Source: Laetmonice hystrix (taxonomy: Eukaryota). From it: DNA of 64,000 nucleotides. The stretch is from the NCBI GenBank assembly GCA_965235115.1, contig OZ249438.1, forward strand, positions 19,282,001 to 19,346,000, in the 5' to 3' direction. The notes under the pieces were generated by a model, which searched no databases, was not told the origin of the DNA, and was given only the letters and a program-made list of their open reading frames with translations. The position numbers and the translations under genes are program-made. Shown here piece after piece: positions 49,605-62,471 of the stretch (the first letter of the stretch is position 1; every line of letters starts with the position of its first letter).

Positions 49605-50943
49605 GTAAGGGTCTTCAACTTCAATTTCTCAAATATTTCTTTCTGTTAATTGGACGTGTTCTGTTTCTCCGTTACGTTGAAGAGACCCATACTAGGTTAC
49701 GTGTATGTTGATCATTTCACAGCCTATATTACAACTTTCTCTAACTGTTGCTTGAGGACGCAGTGGCCATCTCTGGCGATATAGGACGAAGGTTTTCTGA
49801 TCTAACCATACAATTAACTTTGGTAAGCAGTGATCACTATCAAGTACTACCTTTAGTTTACACGTACGTTCTGACTTGCCTTCGCACGAGTTGATCTACG
49901 TGTGAGATTGGTTTCAAGATTGGGTTCGACAGTTGGAGACGAGTGATTCTCTGGCCCGCCCTACCTGTCCATTGGTGACAGAAGGGCCTAGAGACGGTAT
50001 TGGACTCCAGCTGCTGGGACTAATGACGAATTCCTTCATATTATGTCATCTGTGTAACTGGTGGGACACATAGGGACCATGAGCGTGGGAAGCATGACCG
50101 GACAGTGATATATTGACCAGAGTTAACTTGATGACACAGCCATGTGGTCACTAATAATACATCACTATATGAAGTCTGTTTCTCATGTAATCTTATTTCG
50201 ACTATTTATAGTGATTATTATGACCAAATGCTTATCCTTTTTCAGAAGCTTCTGAGCTGTATCACTATTAAAATCGTTAGGTGTTTTAATATTTTAGTTG
50301 TCCTATCTGCGAAAGTTTTTTAATCTACGTTCTCCTTGATATTAAGTGCAGATTGCAGTCGCACCATTTAAAAAACGCAATATAATCAGGAACCCAGATT
50401 TGATGGCATATATCTACTGTTCTTTTACGCATCATATTAGGCAATGTTAGAATTTTGAGTGTCGCTATCGATTGTGAAGTGTGCCGAGCCGTCTGACAGA
50501 CGAGAAACCATCAGTGAACCGACATGAAGGCGTCAGTATCTGTCCCTCTACCGACGCCACAATAAGGGACAGATCTACACAGACCATAATACTGTGTGTA
50601 TTCAATCTCAGCACCACTGACTGTGGTTGATATTCATGAGGTTGGTGTAGTGAGGAATAGTGGGAGAGACTTTGTTGGTACGGTATCCGTGAGGATAATG
50701 AAGGTGACCGTTCCGTACTGCCGGCGGTACGCTACTAAGTAATCCTCGCTCGCCACAACCCCGCCAATGAGATTAAACTTTGTCTGGTCAATTAGTGATG
50801 AAGTATACTCCGACGTAATCCTAGCCATCTGATCGCCAATATGCGAAATCAGCTTACGTCAATAAGTTGTGGCCGGAATAAAACAGAATTCACTTAATGA
50901 AATGATTCACGACGATTATTGCATTTACTGTTTTTTATTTTAA

Positions 50944-51548
50944 AGAGACGCGTCACTTTTCTCAGTGGCGCCACCTCGTGGCAATTGACGAACTCTATTT
51001 TTACACGTTGCAACGCGTTTTTTACGTCACTCAATGCTGTCAACAACACGGCAATGCAGAGGCAGAGTCAAGTCTGGCCGCTTCGCATCCCAGAAACAGT
51101 TTGACAAAAGGCTTCACGATGCCAGAAAAATGTACTTGACTATGTGTTTTAACATTGGAGTCTATGGGACCGATAAGACCCTTGGTAGCGAAAATGTCGA
51201 TATCTCATGAATTTCCATGGTGACATATAATTTTTTTTAATCTAAAGTGTTCAAAACAAGTCATGCAACAATTCTGAGAAGTATTTTCAGAATCTCTGGG
51301 TTAGAAATGTCTGAAAAAAATCTTCTCTCTTCTAATTCGAACCAAAAATTTCACGTATCTCTCTCTACTGTAGACTGTAGTAGTGCGAGTTGAAGGCCTA
51401 TCTTCAAATGCTCATAACTCAGGATCCGATATGGTGACCCGCCATTTTCTTTGCACCAAAATACTCGAAAAATGTAGAATTATTTTATGTGAAAGTAGCC
51501 TGAAAATCTCTGGGTCAGAAATTTTTGGCTTATTGGTGTCGAGTCCCT
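50944..51548. mobile_element. Second TTAA-flanked MITE (Kolobok-like), 605 bp
   Basis: Imperfect 13-bp TIR agagacgcgtcac vs reverse complement agggactcgacac (10/13); TTAA at 50940-50943 and 51549-51552. Confidence 0.6.
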
Positions 51549-52819
51549 TTAAAGACGGCTTAACGTTAAATGGTTTTGATGTCACAATGGTTTTGTTGTT
51601 GCCCGTATGACTTGCCCGTATAGGAGCAGGTACTGTGGGACACCGAGGTTAGGAATATCCCGTAAATATTTTATTTTGTATCCCTCAGTGTAAGGAGTGG
51701 ACCGTATGGGGGCCAAGGCCACCAGTTTAACATGCGAGTGAGGTGGTCGGCGAGGCGGGCCACCTATTCAAACTGTCGGACCCGGCCGCTCACTGCCCAC
51801 CGCTAGATGGCAGGTCGTGCGGCTGGAGGCGCTCAGGGTGAAACCCTGGGTGGAGAGACGCACAGATCGACCATTGTGTAGGCACCCAGCGGTATCTAGG
51901 ATCCAAGCACTATGTTGTGATGTAGATGCCGGGAGGAGTACTGACCAGCATGCGGATTACGCCACCTGGCCGGGGGTTGCTGGATACCCGCCGGGTCTGT
52001 AAACGGTCGAGCTGGGTTGTCCGTCCGTTCTTATCGTACCCGGAGAGATTAGCCCAGAGACAGGCTTGTTAGACATCGCCGTGTGAACATAGCACCAGGA
52101 GTAAGGGACATAAAGCTGGGAGATATTCTAAAGGGGAGGAGTTTGACCAACCAACTGTCTGAACGGGAGAATCCATTATGATTCAGTTTACGCACATATG
52201 ATTTAAAATAGCATTTTAATAAAGATAATACAAGTAGATTGATCTAGTTGGTAAACTGGGTTAGCCTGACTGTGCCGTCTACATGGACAGAATGATGTAA
52301 AACCCCCTTGTCCTTGTCTGATGATCGCAGTGATTGTAACCAGAACCTCATGTGATGTGAGAGTCACGAACATGACCTGTGTTCTCTACTAACCTTTTCA
52401 CGAATTTTGTTTTCACTTGATTCATTCCGTCCGAGAGGGCAGGGTATAACGTCAGGACGGAGCTCTGCGGGAAGGATTAACCACTTCCCAAACCCCCTGG
52501 ATATAAACGCTTACTTATATCCTCTCCCCCAAAAGCCAAAGTACCTTCCACCCCCCCCCCCTCCCCAATCCCCATCTTTTGAATAGCAAAACTGCAGTGT
52601 CAGCGGTGAGAAATCCCGTTCGACATTTTGGTATTGTTTACAAGGAAGCATATTTATAATCGACCTTCAGTTCCATGACATGCCAGCCGCCAATTACTAC
52701 TAATGACGACCACTGCACGCCATACTTTCACCAAATTGAATAATGTGTTTCGTGAGTCGATGGACTGAGTCAGGTAGATGTGACAGGGTATATCACGGTC
52801 AGGTAACTATGACGGGTGG

Positions 52820-54005
52820 CTCACCCCACTGAGCCTCACCTCACTGACCCTGAGTCTTACTTCACTAACCCTGAGCCTCACCTCACTGAGCCTGAGTCTT
52901 ACTTCACTGACCCTGAGCCTCACCTCACTGACCCTGAGCCTCACCCCACTGACCCTGAGTCTTACTTCACTGAGCCTGAGCCTCACCTCACTGACCCTGA
53001 GTCTTACTTCACTGAGCCTCACCTCACTGAGCCTGAGCCTCACCCCACTGACCCTGAGTCTTACTTCACTGACCCTGAGCCTCACCTCACTGACCCTGAG
53101 TCTCACTTCACTGACCCTGAGTCTTACTTCACTGACCCTGAGTCTTACTTCACTGACCCTGAGCCTCACCTCACTGACCCTGAGCCTCACCTCACTGACC
53201 CTGAGTCTTACTTCACTGACCCTGAGTCTTACTTCACTGACCCTGAGCCTCACCCCACTGACCCTGAGTCTTACTTCACTGACCCTGAGCCTCACCCCAC
53301 TGACCCTGAGTCTTACTTCACTGACCCTGAGCCTCACCTCACTGACCCTGAGTCTTACTTCACTGACCCTGAGCCTCACCTCACTGACCCTGAGTCTCAC
53401 TTCACTGACCCTGAGTCTTACTTCACTGACCCTGAGCCTCACCTCACTGACCCTGAGTCTTACTTCACTGACCCTGAGTCTCACTTCACTGACCCTGAGT
53501 CTTACTTCACTGACCCTGAGTCTTACTTCACTGACCCTGAGCCTCACCCCACTGACCCTGAGTCTTACTTCACTGACCCTGAGCCTCACCTCACTGACCC
53601 TGAGTCTTACTTCACTGACCCTGAGCCTCACCCCACTGACCCTTAGTCTTACTTCACTGAGCCTCACCTCACTGAGAATGAGCCTGAGCCTCACCTCACT
53701 GACCCTGAGTCTTACTTCACTGACCCTGAGCCTCACCTCACTGAGCCTGAGCCTCATCCCACTGACCCTGAGCCTCACCTCACTGACCCTGAGCCTCACC
53801 CCACTGACCATGAGTCTTACTTCACTGACCCTGAGCCTCACCTCACTGAGCCTGAGCCTCATCCCGCTGACCCCGAGCCTTACCTCACTGAGCCTGAGCC
53901 TCATCCCACTGAGCCAGAGCCTCACCTCACTGACCCTGAGCCTCACCTCACTGAGCCTGAGCCTCACCTAATTGACCCTAAGCCTCACCCCACTGACCCT
54001 CACCC
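52820..54005. repeat. 21-bp minisatellite, ~55 copies, two main variants
   Basis: Units ctgagcctcacctcactgacc and ctgagtcttacttcactgacc, interspersed. Confidence 0.97.
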
Positions 54006-54669
54006 TGAACTGACCAGATTACACCTCAGCTTCATCCGACAGCCCTCAGCCTTACCTGACTCAGCCTCACCTGACTCAGCCTCACCTGACTGACCCTCAC
54101 CTGACTGATCCTCAGCCTCACCATGCAGATTGGCCCTCAACGTCACCCGGCTCCCAAGCTGACCCGACCCACCCTCGATCTTACCCTCAGCCTTACCCGA
54201 CTGCCTGTCAGCCGAACCTGACTGACTCCAACCTCACCCGGAAGCTATAGATACAAATCTGTGCAGAATGTCTACCTGATCAATAATGTGCCCATGGTGG
54301 ACCCGGTGTGATATACTACAGTTGATGAGGATGGATGAAGTGTTGTGCTCGTAATGATGGCTGGAAGGGATATGGCCTTTGGGCTCATAATTCGTCCATG
54401 GATAAGCTAATGATGGCTGGTGTAATTGGCTAAGAACTGCCGCAGTGATGGGCTGTTGATGGTTGATGTAAAGAGCTAATGATGGCCGAGTGGGATTGGC
54501 TGTAGTCATATAGGCTGGAGGTGGGTACAGTGATGGGTTAGAATCACAGCTGGTACAGTGGTGGCTGGTGTAAGCGGATCATGTTGGATATAGATTGGTG
54601 GGCTCGAATTGGGGGGGGGGGGGGGGGGGGTTAAAGTTGGCTGAGGGGATGGGTTAGAGTTGGCTGGGT

Positions 54670-55185
54670 TGGCTAGGATAATGTGTTAGCGTTGGCTAGG
54701 GTGATGATGAGTTTGAGTTGGGTAGGGTAATGGGTTCGCGTTGGCTTGGGTGATGATGAGTTTGAGTTGGTTATGGTAATGGGTTAGCGTTGGCTGGGGT
54801 GATGATGAGTTTGAGTTGGTTAGGGTAATGGGTTAGCGTTGGCTGGGGTGATGATGAGTTTGAGTTGGTTATGGTAATGGGTTAGCGTTGGCTAGGGTGA
54901 TGATGAGTTTGAGTTGGTTAGGGTAATGGGTTAGCGTTGGCTAGGGTGATGATGAGTTTGAGTTGGTTAGGGTAATGGGTTAGCGTTGGCTGGGGTGACG
55001 ATGAGTTTGAGCTGGTTGGGGTAATGGGTTAGCGTTGGCTAGGGTGACGATGAGTTTGAGCTGGTTGGGGTAATGGGTCAGAGTTAGTTAGGATAATGGG
55101 TTAGCGTTGGCTAGGGTGATGATGAGTTTGAGTTGGTTAGGGTAATGGGTTAGCGTTGGCTAGGGTGATGATGAGTTTGAGGTGG
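54670..55185. repeat. 49-bp G/T-rich minisatellite, ~10 copies
   Basis: gggtaatgggttagcgttggctagggtgatgatgagtttgagttggtta in tandem. Confidence 0.95.
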
Positions 55186-58100
55186 TTCTACCAGTACAAT
55201 GTTATCATCCTGTTGGTGAGGATGGATGAGTGTCGTGCTCGCTTCAGTTTGGTTGGTTACCCAAGGAGCTGACCCTGTTGTCGGTTAGTAAATGTTATTG
55301 ATGAAACCCGGAAGAAAACGTTAGCTAACAGCTGCCGACCCATTGTCTGGCTTAATGAGCGGAAGATTGCTCATTATGGTAATTCACATCAGGAATCAGG
55401 GCAGTGCCTCGCTCGTAGGGGGGCGGAGGGGGAAGGCGGATGAGATCGTTCTACTTTTTCCACTTCCCCCTTCTCTTTTTCCAGAGGAAGAAACAACACC
55501 CCCTAGCCTTGTTGAGGTCCGCCTCTGTGTGACATTTAACCCAGTTCTGTATCCAGTCAGGGAAACATGTGCTGTTTTTATAATTCTACTGAAGGTTGTA
55601 CACCATACCATCCACATTACACTCATTGACATTCAGAATGGCGGCTCCATTATTGACTCGTCGTTAAGTTTCACGTTGGCCTTTTTTTATCCCAGTTTCC
55701 ATTACGTGGTCGTCAGAATGGGGGCAGTGTGACGGATAGATAGCAAACAATGAGCTGAGGTAGTGAGCCTTGATGAGAATAGGAGGGTGGGGATTAACCT
55801 TCCCTAACGACTGAATCTGCTACACCATCATCTCGTCCTTCCTGTCTAACGGCCCGTTTTCTCCGGCATTTGATGTACCCTCGTAGAAAGGAGTTTGGGT
55901 ACCGTACCCAGATTTCCCCAGACACTAATTTGCCAAAAGGTCGATCTACTCACACAAGATGAGTGTACAAGTTTACTTTTGGCTACTTTTCGTTTGATTG
56001 ATTTCTTATTACCTTTTTCTGAGGGTCTGAAAGGATTCAGGCATGAGAGTATTCCGATTTTATTTCAGCCAAATTTGTGGTCAACGAGATAGTTGGAAAT
56101 CCGTTGAGATCCCAAAATGGGAGGGGGGGGGGGGTTAAAACCTGTCTGAGTCAGAACTTGCCGGCAAACTGGAAGCAGCGACATGCCAACAACCGTTCAA
56201 ATATTGCCTTATCCTGGCATACAAACTGAATGGAAAGTGTATTTTACGAAAACCCTAAGGTACCTGACTTCATTTGCTCAGCAGACAGAGGCTTGCCCCA
56301 TGATGCCCAGGAATTTTCAGCTTCCTACACCCCTGGAGACGGTGAGGGTTTGTGATGGGTTCATGTAAACGGCGGGTAGCATGGCAGGCCGCCGTGAGTA
56401 GTACATGCAAATGTTACCATTGAAAGCTGCGACTGGAGAATGGTCTATAGCTGGGTAGACTGACCTATACTGAGACTCGGACGGGTTGTGATGAGGGCTG
56501 GTCTGGTCAGATCAGCCCCACAGTCTCTGTCTCATCCATAGCCAGCTCACTATGTTACATCACTCAGATTAATGGACTCACCTGAGGGAGCCACGCTCAT
56601 AACGCACAGCTGTCCGGCAGGTGTCTGGCAACCTTTCATTTACTTCCAGTGATGTTCCCATTCTAAGTTAACCTTGTGATGAATAGAGCGCAGCTGAATG
56701 ATGAGAACAATCACCACACGTCCAAGCTTACTCCTTGCCACATCACAGAAAGTACTATATAAATGGTCCCGGAGAGTTTGAAAAGTAATGGTGGTTAAAG
56801 CTTTATCTGACGGAAGTTCTATTGTAGTCGAGCTGAATGTATTACAGTGACTAGCCATGATGGCTTAGTCGGCGGAATAAGATAAATCCATGTATTTGTT
56901 TACGACGTCTTTGATCCCATGTCTGATCGATTCGGTAGGAGTAGTACCGGTGGCCGCCGGTAGGGGGACAGGTGTCGGTCACGAGACCATCCGTCTTGTT
57001 GAGCAGCAGTTGGTGGAGGCCAGACATAAACACCTTACGCAGTCAGTTTCCAGGTGAAAGTTCACTTCCGTCCTGTTTCCATGGTTACACCATTGTTAGC
57101 TCGGTTATGTAACACTTATGTTGACTTCGTGAAGGCATTCCAAACCATCAGATTTTCCTGCACCACATTTGACATAATAGAAACATCTGCTCTTCCACAG
57201 ATTGTGATAATTGAGCAAATCAGATAACGTTTTACCCAAGAAGATAATTGTCAAGTTTTGTAGTCACTTTCCCAAATTAAGTGGCGGGGGGGGGGGGGTA
57301 CAAATAGAATAGCGCGGAATTGTTGAAATAGGTCCAGAATTATTGTACGAACAGATGTGTTGTCAACTGGAGCCTAAGAATTGTGTAAATGCTGCCATTT
57401 ACCAGTTCTGTATGAAGTTGTTAATCTAGGCGCTGTCTGGTTGAAGCGGGGCGCCATGTCTATTGTCGGCATGTTTCACACGAACCACGGTTGTGATTAC
57501 ATGTATGTCGTCGATGTCACATTTTGGCTGAAGCCATCATTGGCTGATTGACTCGATCGACCGTAAATCATCTCAGATAGGTAGCCATTTACAATTCTAA
57601 TCGTGCCCTAGCACCCCGGCAAGGAGCTAATGAATAGCGGCATCTGTTAAGGAAGTATTGTAATCTCAGCCAGGAGGGAATTCATTGATTGATGCCGACA
57701 TCTCATTGTTTTCAGGGATCATTCGACATTTGCTGGCGTGCGTTCTCGATATTTTCATTTAGGAAAGCTAATAAATCCCATTCCCCAGTTGCCGGGTGGA
57801 GTAACTCAAGTCTTGTTCAGGCACAAACAGGTATTGGCATGTATGTATTTATGTCCCGGATTGTGAGGGAATAAAGTTTTCAAAACGGTAAATCTCATTA
57901 TCTAAAAGGTCGGGGTTGAAATGTCTCCTGTCTTCGCCGTAGTGTATTTCATGTTTTTCTAAGACCATATTTCTAAGATAATTCAATACGAAATGGTTTA
58001 AGTGACGAGAGAGAATATTATCATGGTGGTTTGGAGGGGATGATGGAACTGGAAGGATGGATTCGTAAACCTCTGGGAGTTGATCAACCTTTCGTCGATT

Positions 58101-61100
58101 ATCAATGAACCTAACAAAGTAATCTCCTCACATGAGTAATCCGTTGTGAATGTTTGAGTAATTAGTGCAGCTCTGACTGAAAATTAACGCTAAAGATTCG
58201 TCCTTTGTGACAAACTTTAGCTGCCTCTCAAATTAACAGTGGCTCGTGTAAGTGGGCTTGTAAAGCTTTTAAATGCATTTACTACAATTGGTTGTATCCG
58301 TAATTTGTATCCGTAAATCCGTAAGGACCTGTGATGCTCTCATTGCCCGGGGAAATGCTGGTTATTTAGATGATATTATCCAGCAGTGGTATATTCGGTA
58401 TATGTAAAAGTCAGCTATAATAAATGGCACATTATATCTTTTGAATGGAGGGATAGTTTAACAATATTCAAGCATGGAAATATAGGGAGCAGAAGGAACA
58501 GATAATGGAGACCGGTGAAATAGGACGCGCTGTACATACAGCTAGTGTCCATATCGAGCCAGGCAATGGATTGTTGTATTGACAATCCGCCAATGGAAAC
58601 TGCCTGTATGTCATTTCTTTCGTTCTAGATTTATGGATTGCTATTAACAAAGGATTTCATTTATCAAGACTCGTAGCATAAGGGCTTTATTGTAATGAGC
58701 CTGTAATGCCGATGGTAAGGAGTCTCTATAATGACATCTGATTTAGTGTCATCATTGTAATGCGTATATATTGTTGCAATACTGGTCGATGAACTCCTCG
58801 CCTGAGTGAAGTGTTGGTACAGATAGGAGTTTATATCAACGTCTAAGGGTGGCTGCTGAGACAGGGAATAGGGGGAAATACTTCAGTGGCTACAAATAAC
58901 AAGACCCTTTCTGCCAATTTCCTTATACACCGGGACACGATATTGGACGTGATACGTTTCTGCCACCAACAGTCTTGGTCTTATTCAGTTTGCGAGAACC
59001 CCACCAATCTCCCACCCATCTTCTCCCGCCTTTTCATTAATTTGCCTGGTTGGATTTCAGGTCTAGAACTGATGGAAGTAGACCTCCATTAGCTGGGTCA
59101 TATGTTGAAAGACAAGTAAGAATCGGTAGCTATAGGGGCCACTTACTGTACTATTAATACCAGCTTAATTACAGACAGGTGATATCAGGTTATTAATTAG
59201 CACTTATCAATTACCTAAGGCCTGATGGGCACTTACACTATTTGTATCTCCCCTGATTGGCAATCAGATTTGTATTGTGGTCAGGAAAGAGCTTAATGAA
59301 TTCGTATTATGTTGTTTATTACATATTCAGCTGTCCAGTGAACTGCAGGTATCAGCAGACGTGGAGTTTATGCTAGATTATAGTGAAAATCTTTCTTAGG
59401 GCTCTTGCAATGAAATATTCCATTTTTGTTAATGACGTTAATGAAAAGTAAGAAACCGATCTCCCGAGCATTCTAAGACGTTCATAGAAGCTGATTGAAA
59501 TTGGAATAAGATTACATTTCCTATCTGCCTTCCTAACACTGTAAGGCTATTGTGTTATAAGAAAACCAACGTCAGTTTGAGAAAGCTTGTCTGAAGTGGG
59601 AGAGGCGGAGGTTGTTGTGAGAGCAGACGCTGAGAGGATGAGTATTGTAGCTCATAGCTACAAATTACATTGCTATCTATCGCTGAAGTCAATTAGTGCT
59701 TCAATCCGATTATTTGTGTGTTAATTTCACCCGTCATGATGTTGTTAAGGTATTGAATTACAACATATTGGAAAATCGTGTATTTGTCATTGTGTGCAAA
59801 TGAATGTAGAGAATATATAGGGAAACCATTTGAAGGTACATTTTGACCTTGTCTTGTCAGGTAATCCTATATGATATGGAAGTGAATAAAGGAGACAACT
59901 GAGGGAAGTATGGTGGTGTACTTGTGCGCGGGACATTTACATGTGGACGTCTCGATTAGCAAACATGTAACCATGCAATAGCTAAGATGACGTTAGTGTT
60001 GGCTGGGAGACGGCCCGCGGCTGGTGGGAGACGCTGGTCGAGTGACTCCTACTGCTGTATCTAAAGTCGGAAATGAGGCTTGTTACATGCAGTAAACGCC
60101 AGGATATTGAGTCCGTTTAACTACGCATAGCGACCATACATCAGCTCCTGCTATTGGTATTGCTCCAACTGCTGCCCGGCAGGCGTGACATGCTGTTCAC
60201 TACGTGCTTCTATTTGTACAGTTTGTGTGCTTCTACCAGCAGGCACTACACGTTATATGGACCATGGTTTAAGTGATGCGACATGGCCAGGCGTTGATTC
60301 GTCGTAGGAGGAGGCCGGGGCACTTTCCTAGAAGCTTCAGTTTGTATGATAAAATGTATATAAATATTCCTCTGTCATACGGGAAGTTTGTCATATGTAT
60401 GCCACCACACAATACTATGGAACCATGAAAGTTTTATTGAGCTGGCGGGCTGTATGATCCTCTTCCCCCCCCCCCCCCACGTGGGGATCAAGGGTCAGAA
60501 TGATCCTCAGCTCAGCCCTGGCTGTTCGTCTGTTCGTAAAATGCGACAGCTGGGGCGAGCCTGGTGTGGGGAAGCGGTGGAGTGTCGGATTACAAAATCA
60601 TCTGCGTGGCACAGATGGAATTCCATCCTTCTAATAGCATTTTTCTCACTGGCCCTCTCCAGTGCTGCGCAATTTGATCGTCAAAGGCGTTAGTCGAGCC
60701 GTGTTAGTGCGACTGGGCATTATAAAAGAACCCTTGCCATTTTTCGAAAAGAGTAGGAAATTGCCTCCGGGTGAAATACGGGGCGTAAAATCTCCAATTC
60801 ATTCACTCTAAAACTCCTATGTATTTTAATGAACAAGAGTGAAGTCCTGCAACTGGTCAATAATACTTTACAGTGCCTACTTGAAGTCGGGAAATTATCC
60901 TTAAAAGGCCGCCTTGGTGTCCGTAAGACGTCCTGGAGAAATTAGGAATCCGTTAGAAACCATTAGTTAAAAAAGTCTGGGAGTGCGCCAGGCCGGTGAT
61001 GATGGTCACAATGGATCCCTGGTGCACTCTGCTGCTGGTCTGCGTGTCGCCATAGCAACAGTACACAGGAAGACACTTAGAGTAAGGACCTGCGCATGCT

Positions 61101-62471
61101 GACGGGTCATTCTGATCGTCTGCTGAGGCCTAAATCCGTCTCGTATTTCAGCTTTTCTGTCAGCCCTGCTTGAGATGTATTGACATGTAGTGCCATTTTG
61201 TCAACAGTCGGGCGGTAAAACTACAGTGCCCGCTGTCTGACTTATCTGACCCAGGATTCCACGGAAGGTCGACCAATAAGGCGCTGACGTTAGGAGGACA
61301 ATGGATCTTCAACTTTAGTATGGGGTTTCTCGGGCATGCAGCAAACCCTCAGACCAAGGCTCGGGGTCACGTGTTGGTGGAGCTGAATTAACCGCTTGGT
61401 CAGTGATTTGTGGATATCTTTCTCCACCCTAAAATCCTCGTGAAACCTCGAGTGAAGTTTGTACATGTGGATGAGACCTCAGTCATTGCCGACCAAAATG
61501 TTCCTGTTTCATCATTTAAAGCAATCACAGAGTATATCTCATTTCAATGACTCCAGAATGCAGATAGATTCGATAAGGCCTTAGACTACGTAAATCAATA
61601 AATGTTTACCCACAAAAATGCAGAAATCTAATGAAATTCAACATTCCAGTTGCCTGTCATGACTAGTTGTTGACCTGACATTGACTTGAACAGCCAATGA
61701 AATTCATCGGCCGATGAACCGAGTGTGTGACTGGGGCATTACTAGTGTCAACCTTTAACAAATCAAATTTTATCAGCTGTAGAAAAAACTGGTCTTTTCG
61801 GATATAGTAGATCACTAGCGTACGGAATCAATGTGTGTGGATGGGGTGTTTACAGGAACTCCTGTTGTTCTGCCTGTTATATAATCTGTGACGTGACGTA
61901 ACTATGACACGACTGGCAGACTGTAGATGTGTAGACCCATGTCGTTTTCTGTGGCGTGTATTGATCGCGGGTCGTGTACGTGCAGTAGTATCGTCACGCG
62001 GCGTGAATTAACGAGCAGACGACGTGACGGCAAGGTTTACCGACGGATGATATCATCGTATCGGTCAGAGCCGGAGCCGATAACGTGATGGTGCCTACTG
62101 GTGACAGCTGGCATTCATCGTCACTACCAGGTGTCAGCATGTCACAGGCATGTTTGAAAAAATGATATCTTTTATATTCTAGTGGGATTGTGCCTGGTGC
62201 CATACGTGGAGAATAAATAGCTTTGGATACTCTATCTATAGAGATGTCCATCTCCAGGTTAATTCTGTTCCCAAGGTGTAGATGTTATGGGTCCTTACTA
62301 ATAGACCCTTTTCCGTTGCGGGTTGCTATGCTGCCTCGTTTTGAAACTCGGTGCAAGCGCCTACTTGACGACCGGTGTCCGCCATAGTTAACCTACGGAC
62401 AATCACTCGAGAGAGCTGATTTTGAACTGCTCACAAAACCTTGCAAAATAGAATATTTCGAAACATCACCC

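Noticed and set aside
52807-53971. 386-aa RLRVSEV-repeat and 276-aa PEPHLTD-repeat ORFs as real proteins
   Set aside because: Both are the two strands of a 21-bp minisatellite; no non-repetitive coding flanks or splice links were found.
54670-55185. Interstitial telomeric repeat
   Set aside because: Only isolated GGGTTAG/TTAGGG fragments within a 49-bp unit; no (TTAGGG)n tract.
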